A DNA stretch of 64,000 bases. Origin: Limnothrix sp. BL-A-16 (GTDB lineage Bacteria; Cyanobacteriota; Cyanobacteriia; CACIAM-69d). Shown here one piece after another: positions 1 through 9,072 of the stretch (the first letter of the stretch is position 1; every line of letters starts with the position of its first letter). Both the position numbers and the translations under genes were made by a program. The notes under the pieces are model-generated. The model was not told the DNA's origin. It searched no databases and saw nothing but the letters and a program-made list of their open reading frames with translations. Location: contig CP166615.1 in the NCBI GenBank assembly GCA_041937175.2, positions 3,456,001 through 3,520,000 of the forward strand, written 5' to 3'.

Positions 1-1637
1 ATGCCCATTTCCAAGGGTTGGTAGCCCATTTCGCGCATTTTGGCATTCACACCGCCCATGGCTTGCTGCATGGCGATCGCGCAGGCGATCGCCCGTTTGC
101 CATCGTCCGATCGGGTGGTGGGAGCCCCAAACAACACCAAAATTCCATCCCCCATAAACTCATCGATCGTGCCCTGAAAGTCCGTGATCGCATCGGCCAT
201 GGCTTCCAGGTAGAGGTTAATGATTTCGATCACCCTTTCCGGGGGCAACCGTTCGGCGGTGGCCGTGAACCCTCGCAGATCGGAGGTCAAGATGGTGATT
301 TTTCGCCGCTCCCCGCCCATTTTTAGGCCTTCGGGATCTTCCAGCAGGTTGGCCACCACTTCATTGTTCAGATATCGGCCAAAGGTGTTGCGAATCTGGC
401 CGGCGGTGCGGGCCAGGTAAAGGGCCACCATGGTCGCTCCCACCAACCAAGACAGCAGGGGCGGCACAAAGGGAACCCACAGGCCTTGGATCATCGCCCC
501 TTGGCAAATTCCCCACAACAGCAACACCAAGCCGCCGGAACCTCCAATGCCCCAAATGGCAATCCAACGGCGCGAGTCCGGCAGCCGCAACAGCCAAGCC
601 AAGGTGGAACCAACGGCGGCCCAGCCCACAATCCACAACCACTCGATCGGCTCCTGCCAGGTGGTGAGGAGGGGGCGATTGTCGAGGGCGGCGGCAATCA
701 CTTCGCTGGTGAAGTGGGCGTGGATTTCAACCCCGGCCATTCTTTGGGGCAGCTCTAGGGGTTTGCCGCTATAGGGCGTGAGGAAGAGATCGCGGCCGCT
801 TTCGCTGATGTTGCCAATCAGCACCACCCGATCGCGGGCCCAGTTGGCGGGGAGTTTGCCATCCACCAAATCCCGCAAGGAAACGGTTTCAAAGGAGCCA
901 CTCCCGCCACGATAGTTCAGCAGCAGTTGGTTGCCCGCATCGTTGGCATGGATGTAGCCGCCGTCATGGCTCCGAAACCGCCGAAAAATGGCGTTTTTGA
1001 GCTGAAAGGCTCCGGGTTCGGCGGCCACGGATTCGGGTGCGACGTTTTCTGGGTATAGATACAGCAGGGCCAGGTAAAGACCCAAACCGTAGATTTTGTT
1101 GTCTTCTACGTCTTGGGTATCGATTAAAACCCGCCGCACTTTGCCATCCGCATCCACCACAAAATCATTGGTGCCCACTTGCCCTTTAGCGGCCAGGGCA
1201 GGAGGCGCGGCCACCCGATCGGCGGCGGTTTCCCCCCGCACCTTGGCAATGCCCACCAGGTAATCGGTGTTGTTAAACAGGCGCACCAGGTTGGCGTGGC
1301 CGGGTTCCTGGGGCAAGTCGCGGTAAATATCCAACCCGATCGCCCGGGGGCCCATGGCCTTTAACCGTTCGATCGCCTGGGCATAGACCCCATCGGGCAG
1401 GGTTGTGGTGCCAAACCGCTGCAAGTCGGCATCGGTGATCCCCACAATTGCCACGCGCCGATCGGGAGCCTCCGCCGGCCGGGCCTGGAGCATTTGGTCA
1501 TAGGCCAACCATTCCAGCCCTTGCAGCAGACCCAATTCCCGCATTCCCAAAACGAAGCCGGTGGCTGTGGGAACCGCCAGCAGCACGCCTCGCCACTGCC
1601 AGACCCACCGTTTGAGGATCTTGGTCCAGGATTTCAT
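1..1637 (-). CDS. CHASE2-domain class III nucleotide cyclase (Cya2-like, guanylyl-cyclase-type signature), 3' end runs off the window
   Basis: Hand translation from ATG at 1637 gives MKSWTKILKRWVWQWRG...LEWLAYDQML...RVAIVGITDADL...PRAIGLDIYRD (CHASE2), then TM segments, then ITILTSDLRGFT...GTIDEFMGDGILVLFGAP (class III cyclase). Absent from the ORF track because there is no stop codon in the window. Confidence 0.9.
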   Translation of the reverse strand, partial: MKSWTKILKRWVWQWRGVLLAVPTATGFVLGMRELGLLQGLEWLAYDQMLQARPAEAPDRRVAIVGITDADLQRFGTTTLPDGVYAQAIERLKAMGPRAIGLDIYRDLPQEPGHANLVRLFNNTDYLVGIAKVRGETAADRVAAPPALAAKGQVGTNDFVVDADGKVRRVLIDTQDVEDNKIYGLGLYLALLYLYPENVAPESVAAEPGAFQLKNAIFRRFRSHDGGYIHANDAGNQLLLNYRGGSGSFETVSLRDLVDGKLPANWARDRVVLIGNISESGRDLFLTPYSGKPLELPQRMAGVEIHAHFTSEVIAAALDNRPLLTTWQEPIEWLWIVGWAAVGSTLAWLLRLPDSRRWIAIWGIGGSGGLVLLLWGICQGAMIQGLWVPFVPPLLSWLVGATMVALYLARTAGQIRNTFGRYLNNEVVANLLEDPEGLKMGGERRKITILTSDLRGFTATAERLPPERVIEIINLYLEAMADAITDFQGTIDEFMGDGILVLFGAPTTRSDDGKRAIACAIAMQQAMGGVNAKMREMGYQPLEMG

Positions 1638-1693
1638 AACTGCCACTCAACCGGAGAACCTAATTGGGAAATTGGGAAATTGGGATGGGGAAC

Positions 1694-2503
1694 CTAATTC
1701 AGGAGTCGGGCGCTGGCGAGGTTTTGCAGGCCCACGGATTCCAACAGGCTTTGCCATTGATCCGGTTGGGTGGTTTGGAGGGCGATGGCCGTGGCCAAGG
1801 TGTCGTACCAGAGGCGTGCTTCTGCCAGGACTTGGGCCCGTTGGAAGGGATCGCGGGCTGCACTGAGGCGGCGATTAACGCTGTCCGGCAGGGCCACGAG
1901 TTTCACTTCCCCGATCGCGGCCACATCGCTGGCTCGATCGCTGGGGTCACAAACAATCGAAAAAGCCCAATTGTAGGTTTTGCCCGTTTGCAGCGCCTTG
2001 CCAGGGCTGAGGAGGGACATTTTTAAAATCCCCGCCTGACCGGTGAGCGGCACGGCTTGGCGATCGACCAAGTTGCCATCTTGGTCGGCCACCACCAGTT
2101 CTGCGGTTTTGACCACCGTGGAGGGCACGTAAACAAATACTGTTGGGTTAGCGCTGGTGGCTTGACCTGACTGGTTTTGTGGCAATAAAAGGGTCAAATT
2201 GGGCCCCGTGGCCGCAATACATTCACCGCCTCGGGTGCCACCGCCAGTGGTGCGGTTGGGGCCGCCCCGATCTTCCGTTTGGGGAAACCGCAGCCCGGAG
2301 CGAGGTGCCCCAAAGCGAGTGCCACCCCCGATCGTGCGGTTGGGGCCGCCTCGGTTTTCGGTGTTGGGGAAGACGGGCCCGGCGATCGAGGCGGCCTGGG
2401 CAGGGGCCAGGGAGAGGGCAATGCCACCGCATAGCAGCATGGCAACTGCGCTCCGAGTCGCCAAGTGGTTCCGAGTGGGCGTTTTTTTCTGAAGGTTGCT
2501 CAT
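1694..2503 (-). CDS. DUF928-domain secreted protein
   Basis: Signal-peptide-like N-terminus (LLCGGIALSLAPAQA), GGGTRG motif, PTVFVYVP, YNWAFSIVCDPSDRASD, LWYDTL, WQSLLESVGL. GGAG RBS before ATG 2503 (alternative start 2545). Adjacent to a CHASE2 gene, as is typical. Confidence 0.85.
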   Translation of the reverse strand: MSNLQKKTPTRNHLATRSAVAMLLCGGIALSLAPAQAASIAGPVFPNTENRGGPNRTIGGGTRFGAPRSGLRFPQTEDRGGPNRTTGGGTRGGECIAATGPNLTLLLPQNQSGQATSANPTVFVYVPSTVVKTAELVVADQDGNLVDRQAVPLTGQAGILKMSLLSPGKALQTGKTYNWAFSIVCDPSDRASDVAAIGEVKLVALPDSVNRRLSAARDPFQRAQVLAEARLWYDTLATAIALQTTQPDQWQSLLESVGLQNLASARLLN

Positions 2504-2756
2504 GACTGGTTCTCCAGCGTGCGTTGCACTGGCTTGCACCTGCATTGCCTGACGGGTTGATTACACCCTGCGATAGGAGTTTTGGACGAGAGAATGGGGG
2601 CCACAAGTTCCAATGCCGGGATAGGCAAGGGCGAGACCAACCGGGAGCCAACGCCCTGAAATGGGCTGACTGCCCTGGATCTCGCCGCTTCTGGGCAATG
2701 GAAATGGAATCTTGAATGGCTGATTCCAATCTTAGCTGGCTGTTTTCAGTTTGCCC

Positions 2757-3749
2757 CTAGCCACCAATCTGGGACATGGTACGGGCGTAGCGTCCGGTGG
2801 TTCCTGATTCGCGATTTTTGAAGTTGATCTCGGGTTTGGCTTGGATCAGTTGGCTAACTTGGGCCCGCAAATCCTGGAGGTCAACGCCCGATCGCAGTTG
2901 GCTTTTAAGGTCGATTTGGCTCGACTCATTCAGCAGACAGGGGCGCAACCAGCCATCGGCCGAAAGGCGCATTCGATTGCAGCGATCACAGAAGCATTCC
3001 GACATTTGGCTAATGAAGCCGATCGTGCCCTTGGCTCCCGGAATTTGGAACACGTCGGCGGGGCCATTGCCGGTGACCCAACCGGTGGTCAGGCCCCAGC
3101 GCGATCGAATCCGTTGTCGCAACTGCTCTGAATCAATCCAACCCCGATCGGCAAACAGATCTTGATTCCCGATCGGCATGAACTCAATGAACCGCACATG
3201 CCACTGGCGATCGAGCGTCAGGGCGGCCAAGGCTTCCACCTCTTGGTCATTGATGCCCGGGATCACCACCACATTCAGCTTCAGCGGATCGAAACCCACC
3301 CGGTGAGCCGCTTGGATGCCATCCCAAACCTGTTGCCAGCGCGATCGCCCCCGATTCCCAATAATCACATCAAAAGTTTCTGGAATCAGGGAATCCAAGC
3401 TGATATTAATCCGTCGTAATCCTGCGTCGTAGAGCGGTTGGGCCAAATCCTTCAGCAGAAAGGCATTGGTGGTGAGGGACAAGTCCAAGGTTTCTGGAAA
3501 CTGCGCGATCGCCTGGGTAATTTCCACCACCCCCGGCCGCAACAGGGGTTCTCCCCCCGTGAGTCGAAAGCGCCGAAACCCTGCCGGCATCAGCACTTCC
3601 CGCAACAACAGCAGCAACTCCCCATCGGTCAGCAAATCCTGTTGCAACGCAAACTGCAAATCTGTTCCCTCGGGCATACAGTACTGGCAGCGGAAGTTGC
3701 AGCGGTCAATCAAACTGATGCGCAGATAATCAATCGTTTCAGCGGCCAT
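2757..3749 (-). CDS. moaA: GTP 3',8-cyclase MoaA (radical SAM)
   Basis: [42 protein letters not shown]-terminal MSQIGG. Start taken at ATG 3749 (track start 3821). Confidence 0.96.
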   Translation of the reverse strand: MAAETIDYLRISLIDRCNFRCQYCMPEGTDLQFALQQDLLTDGELLLLLREVLMPAGFRRFRLTGGEPLLRPGVVEITQAIAQFPETLDLSLTTNAFLLKDLAQPLYDAGLRRINISLDSLIPETFDVIIGNRGRSRWQQVWDGIQAAHRVGFDPLKLNVVVIPGINDQEVEALAALTLDRQWHVRFIEFMPIGNQDLFADRGWIDSEQLRQRIRSRWGLTTGWVTGNGPADVFQIPGAKGTIGFISQMSECFCDRCNRMRLSADGWLRPCLLNESSQIDLKSQLRSGVDLQDLRAQVSQLIQAKPEINFKNRESGTTGRYARTMSQIGG

Positions 3750-4334
3750 AAGTGCCCAACCCAGTTCCTGACGAACTTGTTCGTGGCGATGTGGCCAATC
3801 ATTATTCAGGATCTCGACCAAAATCCATGCTTTTTCTTGCCGGGTTCGTTCATACCTAATGGGTTATCCTTAATCGGTTCAATCGGTTCATCCGCTCCAT
3901 GGGTTATCATCGGGGCATTCAAATGGCCATCCATATCAACGGCCATCTAAGTTGGTACACTTTTTTTGGCTCGTTAGCCCTTAAGGGCTGGCTGTGCCCG
4001 CGCTGTTCGCCGTGGACTGAGCCGCCGTCGATCGCCCGCCCGCTTCATTCGGTTTGGTCGATCGCGCTTGGTGTTTTCGTTGCCCGCCAACGACTCGCCA
4101 GCTCAGTGCCTCCCATCCAGCCGCCGCAATTAATAGATTTTTGAGTCAGCTTTTTCGCGCTAATCAGTTTTTTCAGTTTTTAATGACCTAGCATCGGGCC
4201 GCAGCATTTTGCATTGGCAGTCACGGTAACTGACTCGCCCAGCCCGATCGCTCCTATTGATTTCTTCATCAAAATGGCCGCTGGCAGCGAGGCTGTCCGA
4301 TATGCTATTCCGTCTACCTTCTCGCTGACGACCC

Positions 4335-5942
4335 GTGACTACCGAAACCCTATCGCCCACCGTCACCCCCCCCGACTCCCGAGTCAACCGCCAGTTCATC
4401 GCCATTTTGGACTTTGGCTCCCAATATTCCGAACTGATTGCCCGTCGGATTCGCGAAACCCAGGTTTATTCCGAAGTTCTGTCCTATCGCACCTCCGCCG
4501 AGCAACTGCGGCAACTTAGCCCCAAGGGCATCATCCTGTCTGGCGGCCCCAGTTCCGTCTATGCCGATGGTGCGCCCCTGTGCGACCCGGAACTGTGGAA
4601 CCTGGGCGTTCCCGTGCTGGGCGTTTGCTACGGAATGCAGTTGATGGTGCAACAGTTGGGCGGCCTCGTAGAAGCAGCCGATCGGGGCGAATATGGCAAA
4701 GCGGCCCTGTTTGTGGATGACCCCACCGACTTGCTCACCAACGTGGAAGACGGTTCCACCATGTGGATGAGCCACGGCGATTCCTGCACTCAGTTGCCCA
4801 GCGGGTTTGAGGTTTTAGCCCACACGGATAACACCCCCTGCGCCGCGATCGCCGATCACCAACGCAAACTCTACGGCGTGCAATTCCACCCGGAAGTGGT
4901 GCATTCCGTCGGAGGCGCGGCCCTAATTCGCAACTTTGTTTATCACATCTGCCATTGCCACCCCACCTGGACCACGGAAGCCTTTGTGGAAGAAGCCGTG
5001 CGCGAAGTGCGGGCCCGCGTGGGCGATAAGCGGGTGCTGTTGGCCCTGTCGGGTGGGGTCGATTCTTCCACCTTGGCCTTTTTGCTGCACAAGGCGATCG
5101 GGGATAACCTCACCTGCATGTTCATTGACCAGGGCTTCATGCGCAAAGGCGAGCCAGAGCGTCTGTTGAAGCTGTTCCAAGAGGAATTTCACATTCCCGT
5201 GGAATATGTCAACGCCCGTCGCCGCTTCATCAATGCCGTGGATGGAGTTTCCGATCCTGAGCAGAAGCGCAAAATCATTGGCCATGAATTCATTGCCGTC
5301 TTTGAAGAAGAATCCACCCGCTTGGGCCCCTTCGATTACCTGGCCCAGGGAACCCTGTACCCCGACGTGATTGAGTCGGCGGACACCAACATGGATCCCA
5401 AAACCGGCGAGCGCGTGGCTGTCAAAATCAAGAGCCACCACAACGTGGGCGGGTTGCCAGACAACTTGCGCTTCAAGCTGGTGGAACCGCTGCGGAAGCT
5501 GTTCAAGGACGAAGTGCGCAAGGTGGGCCGGGCCTTAGGGTTGCCCGAAGAGATCGTGAAGCGGCAGCCCTTCCCCGGGCCGGGCTTGGCCATTCGGATT
5601 TTGGGCGAAATCACCGATGAGCGGCTGGATATTCTGCGGGATGCGGATTTGATTGTGCGGCAAGAAATTAACCGTGCTGGCCTCTACAACGACGTTTGGC
5701 AGGCGTTTGCGGTGTTGTTGCCCGTGCGTAGTGTGGGGGTGATGGGCGATAAGCGCACCTATGCCTACCCGATCGTGCTGCGGATGGTGACCAGCGAAGA
5801 CGGCATGACCGCCGATTGGGCCAGGGTTCCCTACGATTTGCTGGAGACCATTTCCAACCGGATTGTGAATGAGGTGGAAGGGGTCAACCGGGTGGTCTAT
5901 GATGTGACCTCCAAGCCGCCGGGCACGATCGAATGGGAATAG
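4335..5942 (+). CDS. guaA: GMP synthase (glutamine-hydrolysing)
   Basis: [40 protein letters not shown]-terminal KPPGTIEWE. Confidence 0.99.
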   Translation: MTTETLSPTVTPPDSRVNRQFIAILDFGSQYSELIARRIRETQVYSEVLSYRTSAEQLRQLSPKGIILSGGPSSVYADGAPLCDPELWNLGVPVLGVCYGMQLMVQQLGGLVEAADRGEYGKAALFVDDPTDLLTNVEDGSTMWMSHGDSCTQLPSGFEVLAHTDNTPCAAIADHQRKLYGVQFHPEVVHSVGGAALIRNFVYHICHCHPTWTTEAFVEEAVREVRARVGDKRVLLALSGGVDSSTLAFLLHKAIGDNLTCMFIDQGFMRKGEPERLLKLFQEEFHIPVEYVNARRRFINAVDGVSDPEQKRKIIGHEFIAVFEEESTRLGPFDYLAQGTLYPDVIESADTNMDPKTGERVAVKIKSHHNVGGLPDNLRFKLVEPLRKLFKDEVRKVGRALGLPEEIVKRQPFPGPGLAIRILGEITDERLDILRDADLIVRQEINRAGLYNDVWQAFAVLLPVRSVGVMGDKRTYAYPIVLRMVTSEDGMTADWARVPYDLLETISNRIVNEVEGVNRVVYDVTSKPPGTIEWE

Positions 5943-6139
5943 GGCTAATTGCGGGGGGACTCGATCGATCTTGATTAATCTCAATTGACCTCGATTTACG
6001 GAGCTTGATCGAGATTCGTTGAGGTCGATCGAACCAAGTGCCCCCAAAAGCTAACCCTCTAGCTTAACGAAATTTCCCCAATTAAACCGATCACCCTCCA
6101 ATTTCCCCGCTCAATTCGTTGATGCGGGGACGGTCATCC

Positions 6140-6190
6140 TGTGGAAAACTAAACATTTTCTGTGGAAAACTCGGCCGCCCTTGTGGAAAA
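6140..6190 (-). promoter_or_regulatory. Three TTTTCCACA (cyanobacterial DnaA-box-like) motifs at 21-bp spacing
   Basis: TGTGGAAAA at 6140, 6161 and 6182, followed by an AT-rich stretch. Confidence 0.45.
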
Positions 6191-6222
6191 CTCAGGATTT
6201 TTAACCGATTATTAAATCTTCT

Positions 6223-7164
6223 TTAAACTTCCTGATGGGTGAGTGAGTCCATGCTGTAGGTCAACTGATCACTCTGATAACCATTGGGTTCCACGTGGAT
6301 GGTCATGCGCACGGGATGGTAGTGATCGCAAAGGGCTGACTCCACCGCTTCCGTGATGTCGTGGGCCCGGCGCACGTCCTCCGCCTCCACCACCAAATGC
6401 ATTTCCATAAAGACTTGCCGCCCTAATACCCCACGCGAGGCGATGTCGTGGCAGTTGACCACACCCGGCACGCTCATCACCAGGCTATGAATTTCTTCGG
6501 GGGGAACGGCCATGGCATCGATCAACCAAGGCAGGTTCGATCGCAACACGTCCCAGCCACTCTTGAACACCAACAGGGCCACGGGGAACGCCAGGGCCAC
6601 ATCCAGCCAGCGCTGGCCCCACCAAACGCCCAATAACCCCCCAATCACTGTCATCGTGATCCACACATCACCCATAGTGTGGCGAGCGTCGGCCATCAGG
6701 ATGTTGCTGTGGAGCTTTTGGCCCCAATGGCGTTCGTAGACAGCCACCAAAATATTGATCCCCAACACCAGAACGGTCAGCCCGATCGCCGGGCCGGAGA
6801 CATTCACGGCCTCGCCCTGGCCGGTTAGTCGCTCGATCGCCCCTTGCATAATTTCAAAACAAGCCACTCCCAAAAATGCAGCGATCCCCAAGGCCCCAAG
6901 GGCTTCATATTTTTGGTGACCGTAGGGATGTTCCCGATCGGGGCGCGGATCGGCTAGCTGGCTGGTAACCAACCCCAGCACGTTGCTGGCGCTGTCCGTC
7001 ACGCTGTGCAAGGCATCGGCCAACAGGCTCAAGGATCCGGTGGCCCAACCCACGAGGGCTTTGATCACCAACACCACAAGATTCAGCAACAGCGTCAGCC
7101 ACAGGATATACCGAATCTTTCGCTGACGTTTATCGGGGCTAAGGAAACTGGTAGAGGCAGACAT
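6223..7164 (-). CDS. Cation diffusion facilitator (FieF-like) metal efflux transporter
   Basis: SLSLLADALHSVTD, HPYGHQKYE, ADARHTMGD; about 6 TM segments plus a C-terminal dimerisation domain (HVEP). Confidence 0.93.
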   Translation of the reverse strand: MSASTSFLSPDKRQRKIRYILWLTLLLNLVVLVIKALVGWATGSLSLLADALHSVTDSASNVLGLVTSQLADPRPDREHPYGHQKYEALGALGIAAFLGVACFEIMQGAIERLTGQGEAVNVSGPAIGLTVLVLGINILVAVYERHWGQKLHSNILMADARHTMGDVWITMTVIGGLLGVWWGQRWLDVALAFPVALLVFKSGWDVLRSNLPWLIDAMAVPPEEIHSLVMSVPGVVNCHDIASRGVLGRQVFMEMHLVVEAEDVRRAHDITEAVESALCDHYHPVRMTIHVEPNGYQSDQLTYSMDSLTHQEV

Positions 7165-7257
7165 GGTGTTAGGCGGTGGTCAAGCCAAGAGACCGCGAGG
7201 GAGGTTGAAAAAGGATCAATGCTTTTGAGCATCGCTTTTGAGCATCGCTTTTGGGCA

Positions 7258-7593
7258 TCAAGACTCATCAGCGTGACTAGATGCATCGAGGGTGGGGCGA
7301 TCGGGAGCAGATTCAACATCCAGCTTCTTCGCCCGTTGCCCTTGGAATTGTTGCCAAATGCCAGCAGACCAAAACGACACCAGGGCGATCGCAAACCAGT
7401 TCACGCGATCGTTAGAAGCGTTCAGGGCCACCGCTGGCCAAACGTAGGGAGCAACGAATTGCAACAGGGCGATCGTGCCAAACAAGCCCCATCCCAGTTG
7501 GCCATAGCGTTGCCAAATCCAGATGCCTGCCAATGCCGCTAGGATGGGCATCCAACCATAAAGGAACTGCAAACCAGCATCGAGCGTTTCCAT
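7258..7593 (-). CDS. Small hypothetical membrane protein
   Basis: 111 aa, ATG start, three hydrophobic Trp-rich segments, co-oriented with its neighbours. Confidence 0.6.
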   Translation of the reverse strand: METLDAGLQFLYGWMPILAALAGIWIWQRYGQLGWGLFGTIALLQFVAPYVWPAVALNASNDRVNWFAIALVSFWSAGIWQQFQGQRAKKLDVESAPDRPTLDASSHADES

Positions 7594-7796
7594 GGGCCTT
7601 GTCAGCGATTAGGGAAATGGGGCGTTTGGCAACTAATACATTGGCCACTGACACATTGGCGACCAATGCATGGGGCACTCATTCACAAACGCCAATTCAC
7701 TAGTTAATTAACTGGCTAATCCTCTGCTGAAGTCACTAGCTTGATTGACCAGATGAACTAACCAGATGAATTAACCAAATTCATCAACCAAATTCA

Positions 7797-8582
7797 TCAA
7801 CCAGAAAACTGATAGGCAAACTGCGTTTTAGTGATCGCCTTTGGGTCATACCAATCAGTGAGGGATTGGAGACCATCGAACAGTTTTTTGGCGCGGAGGG
7901 CGCTGCGAGCGGAAAAGTTTTCCGCATCTTCGCCGTAAGCAAACGAAAACTCAACCACTGAAGGCTGTGCTTGGCGATCGGGATCCACATACCAGGCCGT
8001 GAGGGCCACTTCTGCGTCCTGTTTGCCAAAGTCAATGATCGCCCCGCGTTGCACAAACTCTTTGGCAACAAACTGATTCACAACGGTCAAGGGTTTGCTG
8101 GCCGACAGTTCCAGGGAATCAACCCCCGGGAAGTTGGTGGCCAAATCCCCGATCGTTGTCCAATTTGCCGATTCCACAACGGCACTCGTGGAATGGGAAA
8201 ACTGACTGCGGAAGGGGGGAACAATGTCCTCTTCAAATTTGGTTTCGCCCTTGAGCGTGGGAGTGGAAACATCTGCACCCCAAGCAATGTAGCGATCGGG
8301 CGATCGATACTTCAGCATCACCTTCGTGCGGGCGGGTTTGCCGGCCTTCAGTTCCACTCGACGGCGCACAATGTAGCCGGTGTTGAGCAAGTCATGTTCT
8401 GGTGTGTCCAAAAACACCACTTCCCGCTTCACCAATTCGCTGAGTTCGCCCGTCACCTTCAGACCCAAACCTTCTGCGAGGTTGCGAACAACTAACCAAA
8501 ATCGATCGACTCCAGCCGCCCGATCGGTAAATTGATTCGCCTGCAAAATCACTTTGTATTCACGAGATGCAACACAAGACAT
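7797..8582 (-). CDS. Hypothetical protein, CYTH/triphosphate-tunnel-like
   Basis: N-terminal REYK and FLDTPEHDLLNTGYIVRRR resemble the CYTH ExExK and Y/FxDTxxxxL..G..LRxR motifs; KFEEDI. Confidence 0.6.
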   Translation of the reverse strand: MSCVASREYKVILQANQFTDRAAGVDRFWLVVRNLAEGLGLKVTGELSELVKREVVFLDTPEHDLLNTGYIVRRRVELKAGKPARTKVMLKYRSPDRYIAWGADVSTPTLKGETKFEEDIVPPFRSQFSHSTSAVVESANWTTIGDLATNFPGVDSLELSASKPLTVVNQFVAKEFVQRGAIIDFGKQDAEVALTAWYVDPDRQAQPSVVEFSFAYGEDAENFSARSALRAKKLFDGLQSLTDWYDPKAITKTQFAYQFSG

Positions 8583-9072
8583 GGGCAAGCCTTCTAAACA
8601 GTAATGTCCTGGGGAGAGAAAGCAGTGGGAGCGATCGGGGCCATGGCGGTGATCGTCTGTGGGGTGATCACCCCATCAAAATCGGTACTGATCAATACCT
8701 AAGATGACTGAAAATGCCTCGGTTATTACTCAGCTTACTGCTCCTTATCCTTCATAACCCAAATCCCTTAAAAAGGAAGACTCAAGTTCATGAACTGTCA
8801 CTTATAAGGGCTTGATCCTAGCTTCCATAATTACTTCGTAACTGCCAATAATTGCCGTTTGCGGGCAACCATGATTACGAGTGGTTCGTGACAGCAACAT
8901 GGCAAGGGAAGATTCATAGAAAATCGTTCCTAATCGCAAAACTTAAGCAAGATCTATCGATCGGTTTTGGGCATTGGTAAACGGTGACGCGATCGCCCAA
9001 ATGGCACGATCATTCGCCGGTTCCTGGGTTAATCACCCGCCAAGCACCGCCTCGCTGGCTTGCTATGAATTG

